Positions 30,454 through 40,214 of a DNA stretch of 64,000 nucleotides are shown piece by piece. The notes beneath the pieces were generated by a model. It was not told the origin of the DNA. It was given only the letters and a program-made list of their open reading frames with translations, and searched no databases. This stretch comes from Candidatus Poribacteria bacterium (GTDB lineage: Bacteria; Poribacteria; WGA-4E; WGA-3G): positions 5,033-69,032 of the forward strand of contig JAJEIE010000039.1 in the NCBI GenBank assembly GCA_022827625.1. The letters are read 5' to 3'. Made by a program: the position numbers and the translations under genes. The first letter of the stretch is position 1. Every line of letters starts with the position of its first letter.

Positions 30454-31302
30454 ATGGCGACTCAAGGCGTAGCTTACAAAACCGACAAAATCATGCCGAC
30501 GTGGGAACAACTCGCTGAAATGGGCCGCGATCTGCGGTTTTATCCAAGCGTCACCGAACACTCCAAGGTACTGACCCAAGAACAGTTGGTGGATTTCAAC
30601 CGTGTCGGCTATGTTAAAGGTATCCCGATCTTCGATGAAACCGAGATTGGTGGACACCGCCAGTACTTTGACGCTCTCTTAGCCGATGTCCTCTCGAAAG
30701 GCGGGAGTAGTTACTCAATTATCTCAGCGCACATGAAGTATGGGAAGGTCTACGACCTCCTCACGCATCCAAAAATCGTCGCGTGTGTCAAAGACCTAAT
30801 CGGCGAGGACGTTATCGGTTGGGGCGCGCACTACTTCTGCAAAATGCCCCACGACTCGAAAACCGTCGGCTGGCATCAGGATGCGGGTTATTGGCCTCTC
30901 ACGCCCTCCAAAACCGTTACCGTCTGGCTCGCAATTGACGATGCCACGGTCGAAAACGGAGCAATGCGCTTTATTGCCGGTTCGCATCACTCAGGGCATT
31001 TGACTGCTCGACACAGTACACCCGACGAAAATAGCGTGTTGGGTCAAATTGTTGAGGACGCTGAACAGTATGGTGAAACGGTGGATGTTGAACTCAAAGC
31101 AGGTGAAATCTCTATTCACACTGATCTATTGCTGCACGGATCGAATGCTAATCCTTCGCCGAGGCGACGGTGCGGTCTCACCTTGCGTTATTGCTCTACT
31201 GATGTCCGAGCCTCTTTTCACTGGGATAGAGAAGGAGTCGTGGTGAGCGGAAAAGATAGAAACGGGAATTGGGGCAATCCCTCGCGTCCGGTCGTCGATT
31301 AG
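30454..31302 (+). CDS. Phytanoyl-CoA dioxygenase (PhyH) family Fe(II)/2-oxoglutarate oxygenase
   Basis: 282 aa. Motifs WHQDAGYWPL…TVWLAIDDATVENGAMRFIAGSHH…, with the HxD…H facial triad recognisable. Confidence 0.75.
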   Translation: MATQGVAYKTDKIMPTWEQLAEMGRDLRFYPSVTEHSKVLTQEQLVDFNRVGYVKGIPIFDETEIGGHRQYFDALLADVLSKGGSSYSIISAHMKYGKVYDLLTHPKIVACVKDLIGEDVIGWGAHYFCKMPHDSKTVGWHQDAGYWPLTPSKTVTVWLAIDDATVENGAMRFIAGSHHSGHLTARHSTPDENSVLGQIVEDAEQYGETVDVELKAGEISIHTDLLLHGSNANPSPRRRCGLTLRYCSTDVRASFHWDREGVVVSGKDRNGNWGNPSRPVVD

Positions 31303-31310
31303 TTCGATCT

Positions 31311-32780
31311 TTATTTAACCTCACTGCGTATAAATCCCAAGACCGCCGCTATAAACAGAAGTAGCGAAAGCAAGACCAACAGCGTTAGATCCAACACTGC
31401 CCCTTTAAAAGCAATATCTAACGTCAATTTGTCCGAAAATTTGGGAATGCTGTTAAAGGCAACCGGCTTTTGGGATAATCCTTCCTTTACAAGATAAACG
31501 TGATAACTTTCGTTGTCTCCTCGATCCTCTGATTGGATGAAGTCAACAAACTGTTGTCTGTAGCGGCGCGCGTGTTGAATGAACCTTTTGTGTCGCGCAA
31601 ATCCTGTACCCGCCAGAGACTCTACGGCATATTTGTAGATAGCTGCCGGGGATAATCGCGTAATTTGTTGTGTGAACTCAATCTGTGCAAACTGTTTATT
31701 GAGGTGTTCATCCTCAAGTCTGCCCTTTGCATCAGCATGTTCGTTTAGATAGTCCGCCCACATCCTTAACACCGCAGTTTTAGGCGGTGTATCCGAAGGC
31801 GAACCTGTTTGGTAAAGTTTGTCTCCCTCTTTGTGCCGAGTGTCAATTTCTTCTTCTTGTGCTTTCTTTGTCCGAGACATTTCGCTTCTGGAGGGAACCT
31901 GTTTGAAGCCGCTTGCCAATACGCCCATTGTGTTTGGGATAAGCACCACAAAGACGATCCAAATTAGCAATAATACCAGTAAACTGCTTGACGAATTGGA
32001 GAACTGACTTGAGATAAACAGGCCAAGCCATAAAAATATTGAGATGTAGAGCGCAGAAATAACAAAGATTATTCCAACCCGCGCCCATTCCTCTCCGCTC
32101 AGCGACACCAATCTCGACGCACTGACGACCATTAAATTCAGCAATATCCCAATAAACAACGGAATCAAGATCGTGATGAAAGCACCGATAAATTTTCCGA
32201 GAAGTACAGTCGCGCGTGACACGGAATTAGACATAAGCAGGCTTAACGTTCCTGTTTCACGTTCTCCAGAGATGGCATCGTAAGTGAACAAGATCGCCAT
32301 AAAACTCATAATCAACCCGATGATGAACGTCCAATCCAATTCTGTAAAATTTGGTAACGAATCGTTTTTACGGAATGTGTCCTGTGGATACTGAAGCCAC
32401 CAGTTTGCTGACCAAGAGTAGTTGAAACTAAAATCAGGCGTTGTCATACCGATGCCATAGCCACCGCTCGAAGCACCTTCAACCCGCTTTGGTAAGTTCG
32501 CATCTTTACCGGTAGCGATGAAGGTTAACGGACTTACAGATTTGTACAAATTTCCTGGACCTTTTACTGCAAGTTCGCCTAAATTACTGCTTTTCTTCTC
32601 CAGTGATTCAACGGCTTTGCGCGTGTCTTCCGAGTATTCTGCTATCCTTCGCGGATATTGACTGCTCACAAATATCACGGCATTCATCACCATCAGCACC
32701 ATTGCCAGAATCAGTGTGAGCACAAATCGAAAACGCGTTAAGTTATCAAGGATTTCCCGTTTTGCTATGCACCAGATCAT
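31311..32780 (-). CDS. ABC-2-type transporter permease-like membrane protein (paralog 1)
   Basis: 489 aa. N-terminal transmembrane segment, a roughly 110-aa extracytoplasmic loop, a block of 5 segments with the ABC-2 signature (FTYDAISGERETGTLSLLMS), a roughly 170-aa hydrophilic domain and a final C-terminal segment. It is paralogous to the downstream gene. Confidence 0.6.
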   Translation of the reverse strand: MIWCIAKREILDNLTRFRFVLTLILAMVLMVMNAVIFVSSQYPRRIAEYSEDTRKAVESLEKKSSNLGELAVKGPGNLYKSVSPLTFIATGKDANLPKRVEGASSGGYGIGMTTPDFSFNYSWSANWWLQYPQDTFRKNDSLPNFTELDWTFIIGLIMSFMAILFTYDAISGERETGTLSLLMSNSVSRATVLLGKFIGAFITILIPLFIGILLNLMVVSASRLVSLSGEEWARVGIIFVISALYISIFLWLGLFISSQFSNSSSSLLVLLLIWIVFVVLIPNTMGVLASGFKQVPSRSEMSRTKKAQEEEIDTRHKEGDKLYQTGSPSDTPPKTAVLRMWADYLNEHADAKGRLEDEHLNKQFAQIEFTQQITRLSPAAIYKYAVESLAGTGFARHKRFIQHARRYRQQFVDFIQSEDRGDNESYHVYLVKEGLSQKPVAFNSIPKFSDKLTLDIAFKGAVLDLTLLVLLSLLLFIAAVLGFIRSEVK

Positions 32781-32799
32781 TTTGACTCCTTAACCACCA

Positions 32800-34287
32800 C
32801 TACACAACATCGTAGCGCAGAAATGAAATGAATGCACCCATGAAGAATAGGACGTTTAGGACCGCGAGTATCATAATGTCTAATGTTGCGCGTTGCAGAC
32901 TACTCCCAATGCCTTCGCTCTGTTCTTTAAATTTCGGAATTCTGCTCAAGTCAAAAGATTCCTCGAATTCAGTCGTGAACCATCTGCGTGCAGAAAATAT
33001 TTCTTCGTCTCTCATATAGTCAAGCCATTCACGGCGATATTGTCGCGTCTGTTCCATAAACCGCCAGAAACTTCCGAGGTCTGTTTCTGCCAGAATTGCA
33101 GCCGCATTGTAATAAACCGCTGCCGGAGATATACGGGATATGTTGAGTGCCAATAGAGATTGTCGGTTTGGGTTTTTGTCGAGATATGTTTTGCGTATCT
33201 GCCATATCCGATCGGCGTATTGGGCACGCAGATTTTCTTTGAATCCGTAACATTCTTGGGCAAAAGGCACACCTTCTTCACCCCGAAAACCGCTCACACT
33301 CACTGTCTCTCCACTGTCGTAGTCGTTGACCCCAGAATTAACACCAACACCCCCAAAACTGGCGCGATCCAATGGTTTCTCAACGCTACGGTTTTCTAAA
33401 TAATCTTTGACCTCGGCTCCGTATTGCTTCCACTGGTCACGTGCCTGTTCTTTATAAGATTCCTCTGATTGTGTGGGACTTGCATGTTCTACTAACAAGA
33501 CTGTTAGATTCGGAACGATAAGCACGAAAAGCACCCAGACACACATTGAGAACATCAGCGTGATAGAAGGTCGGTCGGTTCGAGTGGAAAGAAAAAGTCC
33601 GATGAGAAAAAAGAGTGATACATAGAGCATTGATACGAGGAAGATTAGCAGTATCCGTCCCCAATCCGAACTGCTAAAAGAGACGTAAGGGGAGAATTGT
33701 ATCACCAACAAGCCAGCAACAAAACTCGCAATAAGCGGCAGAGAAATAGACACCATCCCAGCGATGTATTTTCCCAAGAGCAGCGTCGGTCTCGAAACTG
33801 CGCCTGAGAGTGCTAATCTCAAGGTCCCGGCTTCTTTTTCCCGCGATATCGCGTCGTAAGCGAAAAGCAGTGCCAGCAGGCTCATCACGACTTGGCAGAT
33901 GACTGTGAAGTCGATAGAGGAAAAGATATTCAGATACGGGTTATCAGAACCGTGTTGTTCAGCAACGGCGGGGACATATCCGTGTGCTACCGTTACCGTA
34001 TTTCCCTTTCTTTTATCTACGCCTTCGTTGAAGATGCTAAGTAGTTTCGGGCTTCTATCGCACTTCAGCAGATGAGTGAGTCCGAATTGGGAGTATCTCT
34101 GGACCTGACTGATCTTATCTTCATTTTCCCGAATGGCGGTTCGGTAACTTTGCAGTCTATCCTCATAGCCTCTGGTCAAAACGAAGAGATTTGTCACAAT
34201 CAGGGAGAAATAGATGAGCAATCCCATGAGGAATCTGAAACTCAAGATATTTGCTGTGATCTCTCTTCTAACAATTGTCCAGAGCAT
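32800..34287 (-). CDS. ABC-2-type transporter permease-like membrane protein (paralog 2)
   Basis: 495 aa. Same architecture as 31311-32780 (…FAYDAISREKEAGTLRLALSGAVSRPT…). The first gene of the tandem pair. Confidence 0.6.
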   Translation of the reverse strand: MLWTIVRREITANILSFRFLMGLLIYFSLIVTNLFVLTRGYEDRLQSYRTAIRENEDKISQVQRYSQFGLTHLLKCDRSPKLLSIFNEGVDKRKGNTVTVAHGYVPAVAEQHGSDNPYLNIFSSIDFTVICQVVMSLLALLFAYDAISREKEAGTLRLALSGAVSRPTLLLGKYIAGMVSISLPLIASFVAGLLVIQFSPYVSFSSSDWGRILLIFLVSMLYVSLFFLIGLFLSTRTDRPSITLMFSMCVWVLFVLIVPNLTVLLVEHASPTQSEESYKEQARDQWKQYGAEVKDYLENRSVEKPLDRASFGGVGVNSGVNDYDSGETVSVSGFRGEEGVPFAQECYGFKENLRAQYADRIWQIRKTYLDKNPNRQSLLALNISRISPAAVYYNAAAILAETDLGSFWRFMEQTRQYRREWLDYMRDEEIFSARRWFTTEFEESFDLSRIPKFKEQSEGIGSSLQRATLDIMILAVLNVLFFMGAFISFLRYDVV

Positions 34288-34326
34288 CAGATTGTCTCCG
34301 GTTCCAAGGGTCGAAACACTCTAAGT

Positions 34327-35136
34327 TTAAACAAGATCTAAGAATCCCAACTCGCGCAACCGATCAATCCAACGCTGTCGCTTTTCACTTCCCGCCGAGT
34401 TTGCGACCCAACGTGGATCATAGAGTGAAGCACCCGGTCGGTTGAAATGTTCGGGGCTTTTGGCGTTGCTGCGTGCTCGATTGCGTGTGGCAGCCACTTC
34501 CACTGCGGTTTTTGGGTTGTTGTAGTAAACCACCGTACACATACGACGATCCTCGCTACCACCCCAACTGGCGTGCCAGCACCGCATATCGAAAGCGACT
34601 ACATCCCCCGGCTCCGATTTGCAAACATAACCCGGAACATCACAAATCTCCAGACCCAATTCATTCAAATTCTCACGGAGATCATCGTGCAGCGGGTTCT
34701 TGTGAGAACCGGGAATTAGGCGCAACGCTCCAGTTTCAGCATCAACGGGTTCAAGATAGTACGCAAATTTCACCCCATAGCAATCTTTGGTTGGATTGGC
34801 ATTATGGTCAGGATGCCAACCCGTGTTCCCTACATAACGATTCGCGTCCGAGACGACAAAAAATACATCGTCGCCGTACAGTTGCGCTGCGACTTCGCTA
34901 AACCGCGGATCTTCGGGCAAATTCGCGAAGAACGGCGTTTCAGGTGCCATCATCGGCAACCAATGTCGGTGTGTCCCATCGAAGGGTGCATGACGATACG
35001 CTTCATTCATCGCAGCTTCAAACTCTTCATGTATTGTTTTCAGTTCATCTTTGTTGAACAACTGCCGAAAGATAACGAATCCCAAAGTGTGAAAATGCTT
35101 GATTTGCTGTTCTGTAAGCATAACGTGCCTCCACAT
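34327..35136 (-). CDS. Phytanoyl-CoA dioxygenase (PhyH) family protein
   Basis: 269 aa. Motifs WHPDHN…FAYYLEPVDAETGALRLIPGSHKNP. Confidence 0.7.
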   Translation of the reverse strand: MWRHVMLTEQQIKHFHTLGFVIFRQLFNKDELKTIHEEFEAAMNEAYRHAPFDGTHRHWLPMMAPETPFFANLPEDPRFSEVAAQLYGDDVFFVVSDANRYVGNTGWHPDHNANPTKDCYGVKFAYYLEPVDAETGALRLIPGSHKNPLHDDLRENLNELGLEICDVPGYVCKSEPGDVVAFDMRCWHASWGGSEDRRMCTVVYYNNPKTAVEVAATRNRARSNAKSPEHFNRPGASLYDPRWVANSAGSEKRQRWIDRLRELGFLDLV

Positions 35137-35137
35137 T

Positions 35138-36163
35138 TTATCGCGCTAACTTCTGCTGTAGTTTTGGGCTATCTATAACATCTCGGTTAACAACGTACGA
35201 GGGGATTTTCCCGGAAGCCACATTGATGATACTTCCACACGCACTCTTAGCGTTGCCGTCAAAACATTCATCCGTCCAGCAGATGCTGTGCGGTGTAACA
35301 ATAACGTTATCCAGTGTCAAGAGGGGATCGTCATCGTCAATCGGCTCCTGTTCAAAGACATCAAGTCCTGCACCTTGAATCTGTCGGTTCTGGAGTGCTT
35401 CTGTGAGTGCTTTCTGATCAACGATGGGACCACGTGCAGTGTTAATCAGGTAAGCCGTCGGTTTCATCAACCCGATACGTCTCGCATCGACGAGTCCGCG
35501 GGTCTCTTCGCTGAGTGGGCAGCAGACGCACACAAAATCAGCAGTCCGCATTAAGGTATCCAGATCGACGAGTTCTACGCCGACTGCTGCGGCTTCAGCA
35601 GCCGTAACATACGGATCGTAGGTGATATGGCGCATTCCGAAAGGTTTCGCCAGTTTGAACGCTTCTTTCCCAATATTACCCATACCGACGAGTCCCAGCG
35701 TTCTACCGACCAACCCCATGCCTCTGTAGTTTTGTGTGTTTCTCCATCCACCAGCACGGATGAGTCGATCCTTTATCAACAGCATGTGGCTCAGCGATAA
35801 GACAAAAGTCATGATAGAGGTGGCAACGGGACGGCGAACACCGTCGGGCGCAATCGTTAGCAGGACACCATTTTCGGTACATGCTGGTACATCCACTTTA
35901 TCGTATCCAACGCCGAATCGAGCAATAACAGCCAATCTGTCGGCATCTGCGAAGGTTTCCGCTGTGATACCCGCTCCCAATACCAAGAGCGCGTCATAAT
36001 CTTGCACCTGTGTTGCTTCTAATACCGGTGTGTTTTCTGCAATATATTCCCACTGCAAACCGGCCTCATCAAAAAGCGGACCGGCGACATCATCTAAATC
36101 GCTGGTGCCGTCGGGTCCCAAAAAGTCGCGCGTGATACCCACGCGAAATACGGATTTCGTCAT
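35138..36163 (-). CDS. D-isomer-specific 2-hydroxyacid dehydrogenase family NAD-dependent oxidoreductase
   Basis: 341 aa. NAD-binding segment GLVGMGNIGKEAFKLAKPFGMRHITYDP and catalytic region …TPHSICWT…. It ends 1 nt before PhyH. Confidence 0.8.
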   Translation of the reverse strand: MTKSVFRVGITRDFLGPDGTSDLDDVAGPLFDEAGLQWEYIAENTPVLEATQVQDYDALLVLGAGITAETFADADRLAVIARFGVGYDKVDVPACTENGVLLTIAPDGVRRPVATSIMTFVLSLSHMLLIKDRLIRAGGWRNTQNYRGMGLVGRTLGLVGMGNIGKEAFKLAKPFGMRHITYDPYVTAAEAAAVGVELVDLDTLMRTADFVCVCCPLSEETRGLVDARRIGLMKPTAYLINTARGPIVDQKALTEALQNRQIQGAGLDVFEQEPIDDDDPLLTLDNVIVTPHSICWTDECFDGNAKSACGSIINVASGKIPSYVVNRDVIDSPKLQQKLAR

Positions 36164-36165
36164 AA

Positions 36166-37770
36166 TTATTTCTCAAGCCAAATTTGGCGGAAGTATTTCC
36201 ACATTAAAGGGTGGAGTTTAAGGTTTTTCACCTTTTTGTTAATAACCAAAATTTGTTGCGCGTGCGCTAACGGCACCCATGGAACATCTTCGTGGAAAAT
36301 CCGTTGTGCTTCTCGGTAGAGCGAAACGCGCGCTTCTTGATTAGTGCTGGCTCTTGCCCGCTCCAAAACATCTTGCATGGCATCGCTGCGATAAAACGCG
36401 ATATTTCCCGCGGGTTTCTTCGCTGCCGATTTACTTAAAAGATAATAGAAGAAGTTGTCCGGATCTCCGATATCGGCGAACCAACCCAAGAGTGCCATAT
36501 CGTGTTCACCATTTTTCGTTTTCTCAAGATAAGTGCCCCAGTCATAAGTTACAATTTTTGTCTCAATGCCGATAGTGCGAAGGTCGGATTGCAGCACCTC
36601 AGCCAGGGCGCGTCCATCTGGGATGTATGGACGTGGGACCGGTAATGCCCAGAGCGTCGTCTCAAATCCATCGGGATAACCCGCCTCTGCGAGGAGCCGC
36701 TTCGCTAATTCGGGGTCATAGGCGTAATCTTGAATTGTATCGTCATAACTCCAGAGCGTCGGAGGGATCGGATTTTTCGCCGGTATACCCATTCCTTGAT
36801 ATAGATGTTCAATAATCGCTGCTTTATTAATGGCATGATTTATCGCAAGCCGGACCTTTAAATTATCGAACGGTGGTTTATCCATATTCATTGCCAAGTA
36901 GCCAACGCTCATACCCGGTTGCATCAACAATTCGAGCATTGCATCCTCTTGAATCTGTTGGAAATCATCTGGGTTTGGAAATTCCATCGCATGAAGACTG
37001 CCCTCTTGGAGTTTGATAAGGCGGACCGAATTATCGGGAATAGACTGAAAAATAACCCTATCCAACAACGGTCTGCCACCCCAATAGGCATCGTTCGCTT
37101 CAAGCACGATCTTATCGTTCCGGTCCCATCGGACGAACTTGAAAGGCCCCGTGCCGACGGGATGATTCGTGAAATCCTCACCCCATTTTTTTAATGCTGT
37201 CGGACTCACGATTGCGAAGGCAGAGATCGCAAGTGTTGGAACGAACGGAGCATACGGCGATTTAAGGCGAATTTGGATTGTGAATTCGTCAACGGCAGTA
37301 ATTTTGTCCACAACCTCTGCTAAACCGGTATCTATCCAATAATTATAGACACCCCCAATTTTATGGAATGGATGTGTATCATCGTGCTGTCGGTTCAGTG
37401 AGAAAAGGACAGCTTCGGCGTTGAAAGGCGTTCCATCATGGAAGGTCACGCCTTGGCGAAGCTGGAAAGTCCACGTTAAACCGTCCTCTGTGCTCGCCCA
37501 ACTCGTAGCGAGTGCCGGTTCAAGTTCCGTGCTTTCATCTTTATATTGTATGAGTGTATCGTAAATATTTTCGCAGACTTTGAAGGATTCGCCATCCATC
37601 TCATGTGCTGGATCGAGCCCGATAGAGTCACCCCCGCGCCCGAAGATTAAAGTGCCACCGCGTTCTATATGCGAGTCAGCGAGTGCTGGTGAGAGAACCG
37701 TAAATGGCAGTATCAGGAGTGTAACTAAGAAAAGGTGGGCAGAAAATCTATTTTCCATAAATTCCTCCAT
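36166..37770 (-). CDS. ABC transporter substrate-binding protein, family 5 (peptide/nickel/opine type)
   Basis: 534 aa. Signal peptide (…LILPFTVLSPALA). DppA/OppA-like layout (…GTGPFKFVRWDRNDKIVLEANDAYWGG…). It is the first gene of the minus-strand operon running 37770 down to 31311. Confidence 0.8.
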   Translation of the reverse strand: MEEFMENRFSAHLFLVTLLILPFTVLSPALADSHIERGGTLIFGRGGDSIGLDPAHEMDGESFKVCENIYDTLIQYKDESTELEPALATSWASTEDGLTWTFQLRQGVTFHDGTPFNAEAVLFSLNRQHDDTHPFHKIGGVYNYWIDTGLAEVVDKITAVDEFTIQIRLKSPYAPFVPTLAISAFAIVSPTALKKWGEDFTNHPVGTGPFKFVRWDRNDKIVLEANDAYWGGRPLLDRVIFQSIPDNSVRLIKLQEGSLHAMEFPNPDDFQQIQEDAMLELLMQPGMSVGYLAMNMDKPPFDNLKVRLAINHAINKAAIIEHLYQGMGIPAKNPIPPTLWSYDDTIQDYAYDPELAKRLLAEAGYPDGFETTLWALPVPRPYIPDGRALAEVLQSDLRTIGIETKIVTYDWGTYLEKTKNGEHDMALLGWFADIGDPDNFFYYLLSKSAAKKPAGNIAFYRSDAMQDVLERARASTNQEARVSLYREAQRIFHEDVPWVPLAHAQQILVINKKVKNLKLHPLMWKYFRQIWLEK

Positions 37771-38236
37771 GTTTATTACTCTAAAGATTGCATTTATAAT
37801 ACAGACTTCCTAAGGAAAAGTCAAGTTGCCTTTTCATATCACTCAGAAACATTTAGCTCTGCTGTAGGAGGCGGGGAATGCCATCAGGCATTCATACCCC
37901 GGTTCATGCCACACGGCATGAATACCGTTGATTTGAAGCCTTTATAGGCTTTATACCGTTGATTCTGATTTGTTCTAAATCCCGACTCCTAACTTATAAT
38001 TTATAATCTTGTAGGAGGGATTTCCAAATCCCGACTCCTAACCAACAACTATCTACAAAATTATAGGTAAATGTATCCTTTTTCCATGAAAATCGTATTA
38101 TTAAATGTATGAGTGTCTTAATACAGTCGTAGCGTTCTAAATTCAACCAATTTTTCAGCATAGAGGTGTTTTCGGAACTTTACCGACAAAGGACGAGCAA
38201 ATACTTTTGGCAATAAATTACGCCTATTAAAAAATC

Positions 38237-40207
38237 ATGGCATCCTTTGACCAACTCATTCAGTGTTTAACAGATACAACGCAACCGATCGTCGTGCGTA
38301 GCAGTGCTATTGAGGAACTTGTTGCGCAAGGGGACACACGCAGTGTAGGGTTCCTCATTGAGGCACTTTCCGATTCTGATTCAATGATACGGCGTGAGGC
38401 AGCGAAAGCACTTCAAGACCTTGGCGCAACTGGGGCAATAGACTCCCTCCTTGAAGCATTGCAAGTCGAATCCAAAGACTTGACAGTTTGGGCAATGCTG
38501 GAAGCCATCGGTGAATTGGGAAATCCCAGTGTCCTTTCGACCTTGGAACCGTTAAGCAATGTTGACTCTATGCTCACACGGATAGAGGTCAAGAAATGCC
38601 TTAGTAAGATTCGCGAACGTTATGGCGATGGAAACCCCCCTCAGCAGCCAAACCGAGAGGAGACGGTCCCTGCTCAAAAGCGCCCTACTCCGTCTTCTGA
38701 ATCAACGCTATCCGAGGGGACACCGCGCCCGGATTCGGACCCTGTGGAAGTAGAAGAAGCGGAAGAAGGGCGCGACTCATTTTTGCATTACCTACTCAAT
38801 AGAAGGAACCGGCGTACCTCTCGAGCGACCGAGACAACAGATGAACACCATCAAGAGCAAATAGAGGTTTCCGTAGCAGATACTTTTGAAGAACTTTCAG
38901 GGGAGCCAGATCTAATAACTGAGGGTGAACCCGAAGAGGGAGTCGATGAGGAGGACTATACCGCATCTACTGAGACACCAAAGGAGACCGTAACGGAAGC
39001 GGAATTTTCAGAAAACCTGATGCCAGATATGGAGCCGCCAGAGCTGGACGAAGATAGCGAAATCCATGGTCCAGGGACCTCAGAATCCGAAGAAGATACA
39101 GAGATTCCCCCAAAAAAATACCGAGATCCAGATGAAGACACAGAAATAGACGATTTAGTGAAATCAATCTCACAGTCGCCGCGGCTTGCGGGTTCATCCG
39201 TCGCGCTTCCTGTATTAGCACCGAATGCTGCCACTGTTCCGTATCATCCGAATGTAGCACCATCTGAAGAGAAAAATGAAAACTTTTTTCTTGCTGTCCT
39301 GCACCCTGGAAAATACCTCTCCAAGAGATGGGTATCCCGCACGCGCGTCTACCTGATTTTGTGGGGCATTCTCCTCGCTGCCACAATTGGTTTTATGCAA
39401 TACCAAAAGTATCGCGGCGCAAAGGAGACCCCCTTATTGAGTATGGGTCTCTCAGCTACCGAAGTTCCGGATTTAGTAAAACGCTCTTTGGCTGAAGGCG
39501 ATTTTTACATCCAAGAGGGACACTATAAACAAGCCATTAGTGCCTATCAGTTGAGCAGGGATATTGGGGTACTCCCTATCCATTTCTATAGGAAACTTGG
39601 ATTTGCGTATTTCAAGGAAGGGCAGTATGCGCTCGCAGCTGAAGCGTATGAGTTGTTTCTGGAAGAGCGGGAGAACGTGCCCCCAGATGTATTTACTGCT
39701 GAAGCCTCACTGAGCGGTATATATCCGACGACTGCTGTTAAAGCAACGGTTGTACAGGACTATGAAACCTACAACATTCTCGGCACGGCGTATATGAAAC
39801 TGGAACGTCTGCAAGACGCACAGCACATTTATGAAGAGGCAATCCGTCTCGCACCGAAATATGGGGAAGCGTATAACAACCTCGCACGTCTCTACGTTGA
39901 CGGTTACCAACAGAAACTGAATCTCGCTGAGACGTTAGCCTATACCGCGGTCACGTTAAATCCAAATGTCGCCGCTTATCACGATACCCTCGGTTGGGTT
40001 TTGGCGAAACGGGGGCAGATGAATAAAGCTATGAAAGCCTTAGAACGCTCCATCAACCTTCAAAGTGATGCTGTTGAGGCACACTACCATCTCGCACAGG
40101 TCGCCTTAAAAGCAGGAAAACGAAAGCAGGCGATAAAATCAATTCGGAACGTCCTTAAACTCAATCCCGCCTATGTACATCTGAATGTCGGAACCCAAGA
40201 ACCTTAA
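38237..40207 (+). CDS. HEAT (PBS-lyase-like) repeat + acidic linker + transmembrane segment + TPR repeat protein
   Basis: 656 aa. N-terminal HEAT-like repeats (VRSSAIEELVAQGDTRSV…IRREAAKALQDLGATGAI…). A D/E-rich low-complexity linker follows, then a predicted transmembrane helix (YLILWGILLAATIGFM), then C-terminal TPRs (…AYNNLARLY…). Confidence 0.6.
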   Translation: MASFDQLIQCLTDTTQPIVVRSSAIEELVAQGDTRSVGFLIEALSDSDSMIRREAAKALQDLGATGAIDSLLEALQVESKDLTVWAMLEAIGELGNPSVLSTLEPLSNVDSMLTRIEVKKCLSKIRERYGDGNPPQQPNREETVPAQKRPTPSSESTLSEGTPRPDSDPVEVEEAEEGRDSFLHYLLNRRNRRTSRATETTDEHHQEQIEVSVADTFEELSGEPDLITEGEPEEGVDEEDYTASTETPKETVTEAEFSENLMPDMEPPELDEDSEIHGPGTSESEEDTEIPPKKYRDPDEDTEIDDLVKSISQSPRLAGSSVALPVLAPNAATVPYHPNVAPSEEKNENFFLAVLHPGKYLSKRWVSRTRVYLILWGILLAATIGFMQYQKYRGAKETPLLSMGLSATEVPDLVKRSLAEGDFYIQEGHYKQAISAYQLSRDIGVLPIHFYRKLGFAYFKEGQYALAAEAYELFLEERENVPPDVFTAEASLSGIYPTTAVKATVVQDYETYNILGTAYMKLERLQDAQHIYEEAIRLAPKYGEAYNNLARLYVDGYQQKLNLAETLAYTAVTLNPNVAAYHDTLGWVLAKRGQMNKAMKALERSINLQSDAVEAHYHLAQVALKAGKRKQAIKSIRNVLKLNPAYVHLNVGTQEP

Positions 40208-40214
40208 GTGAAAT

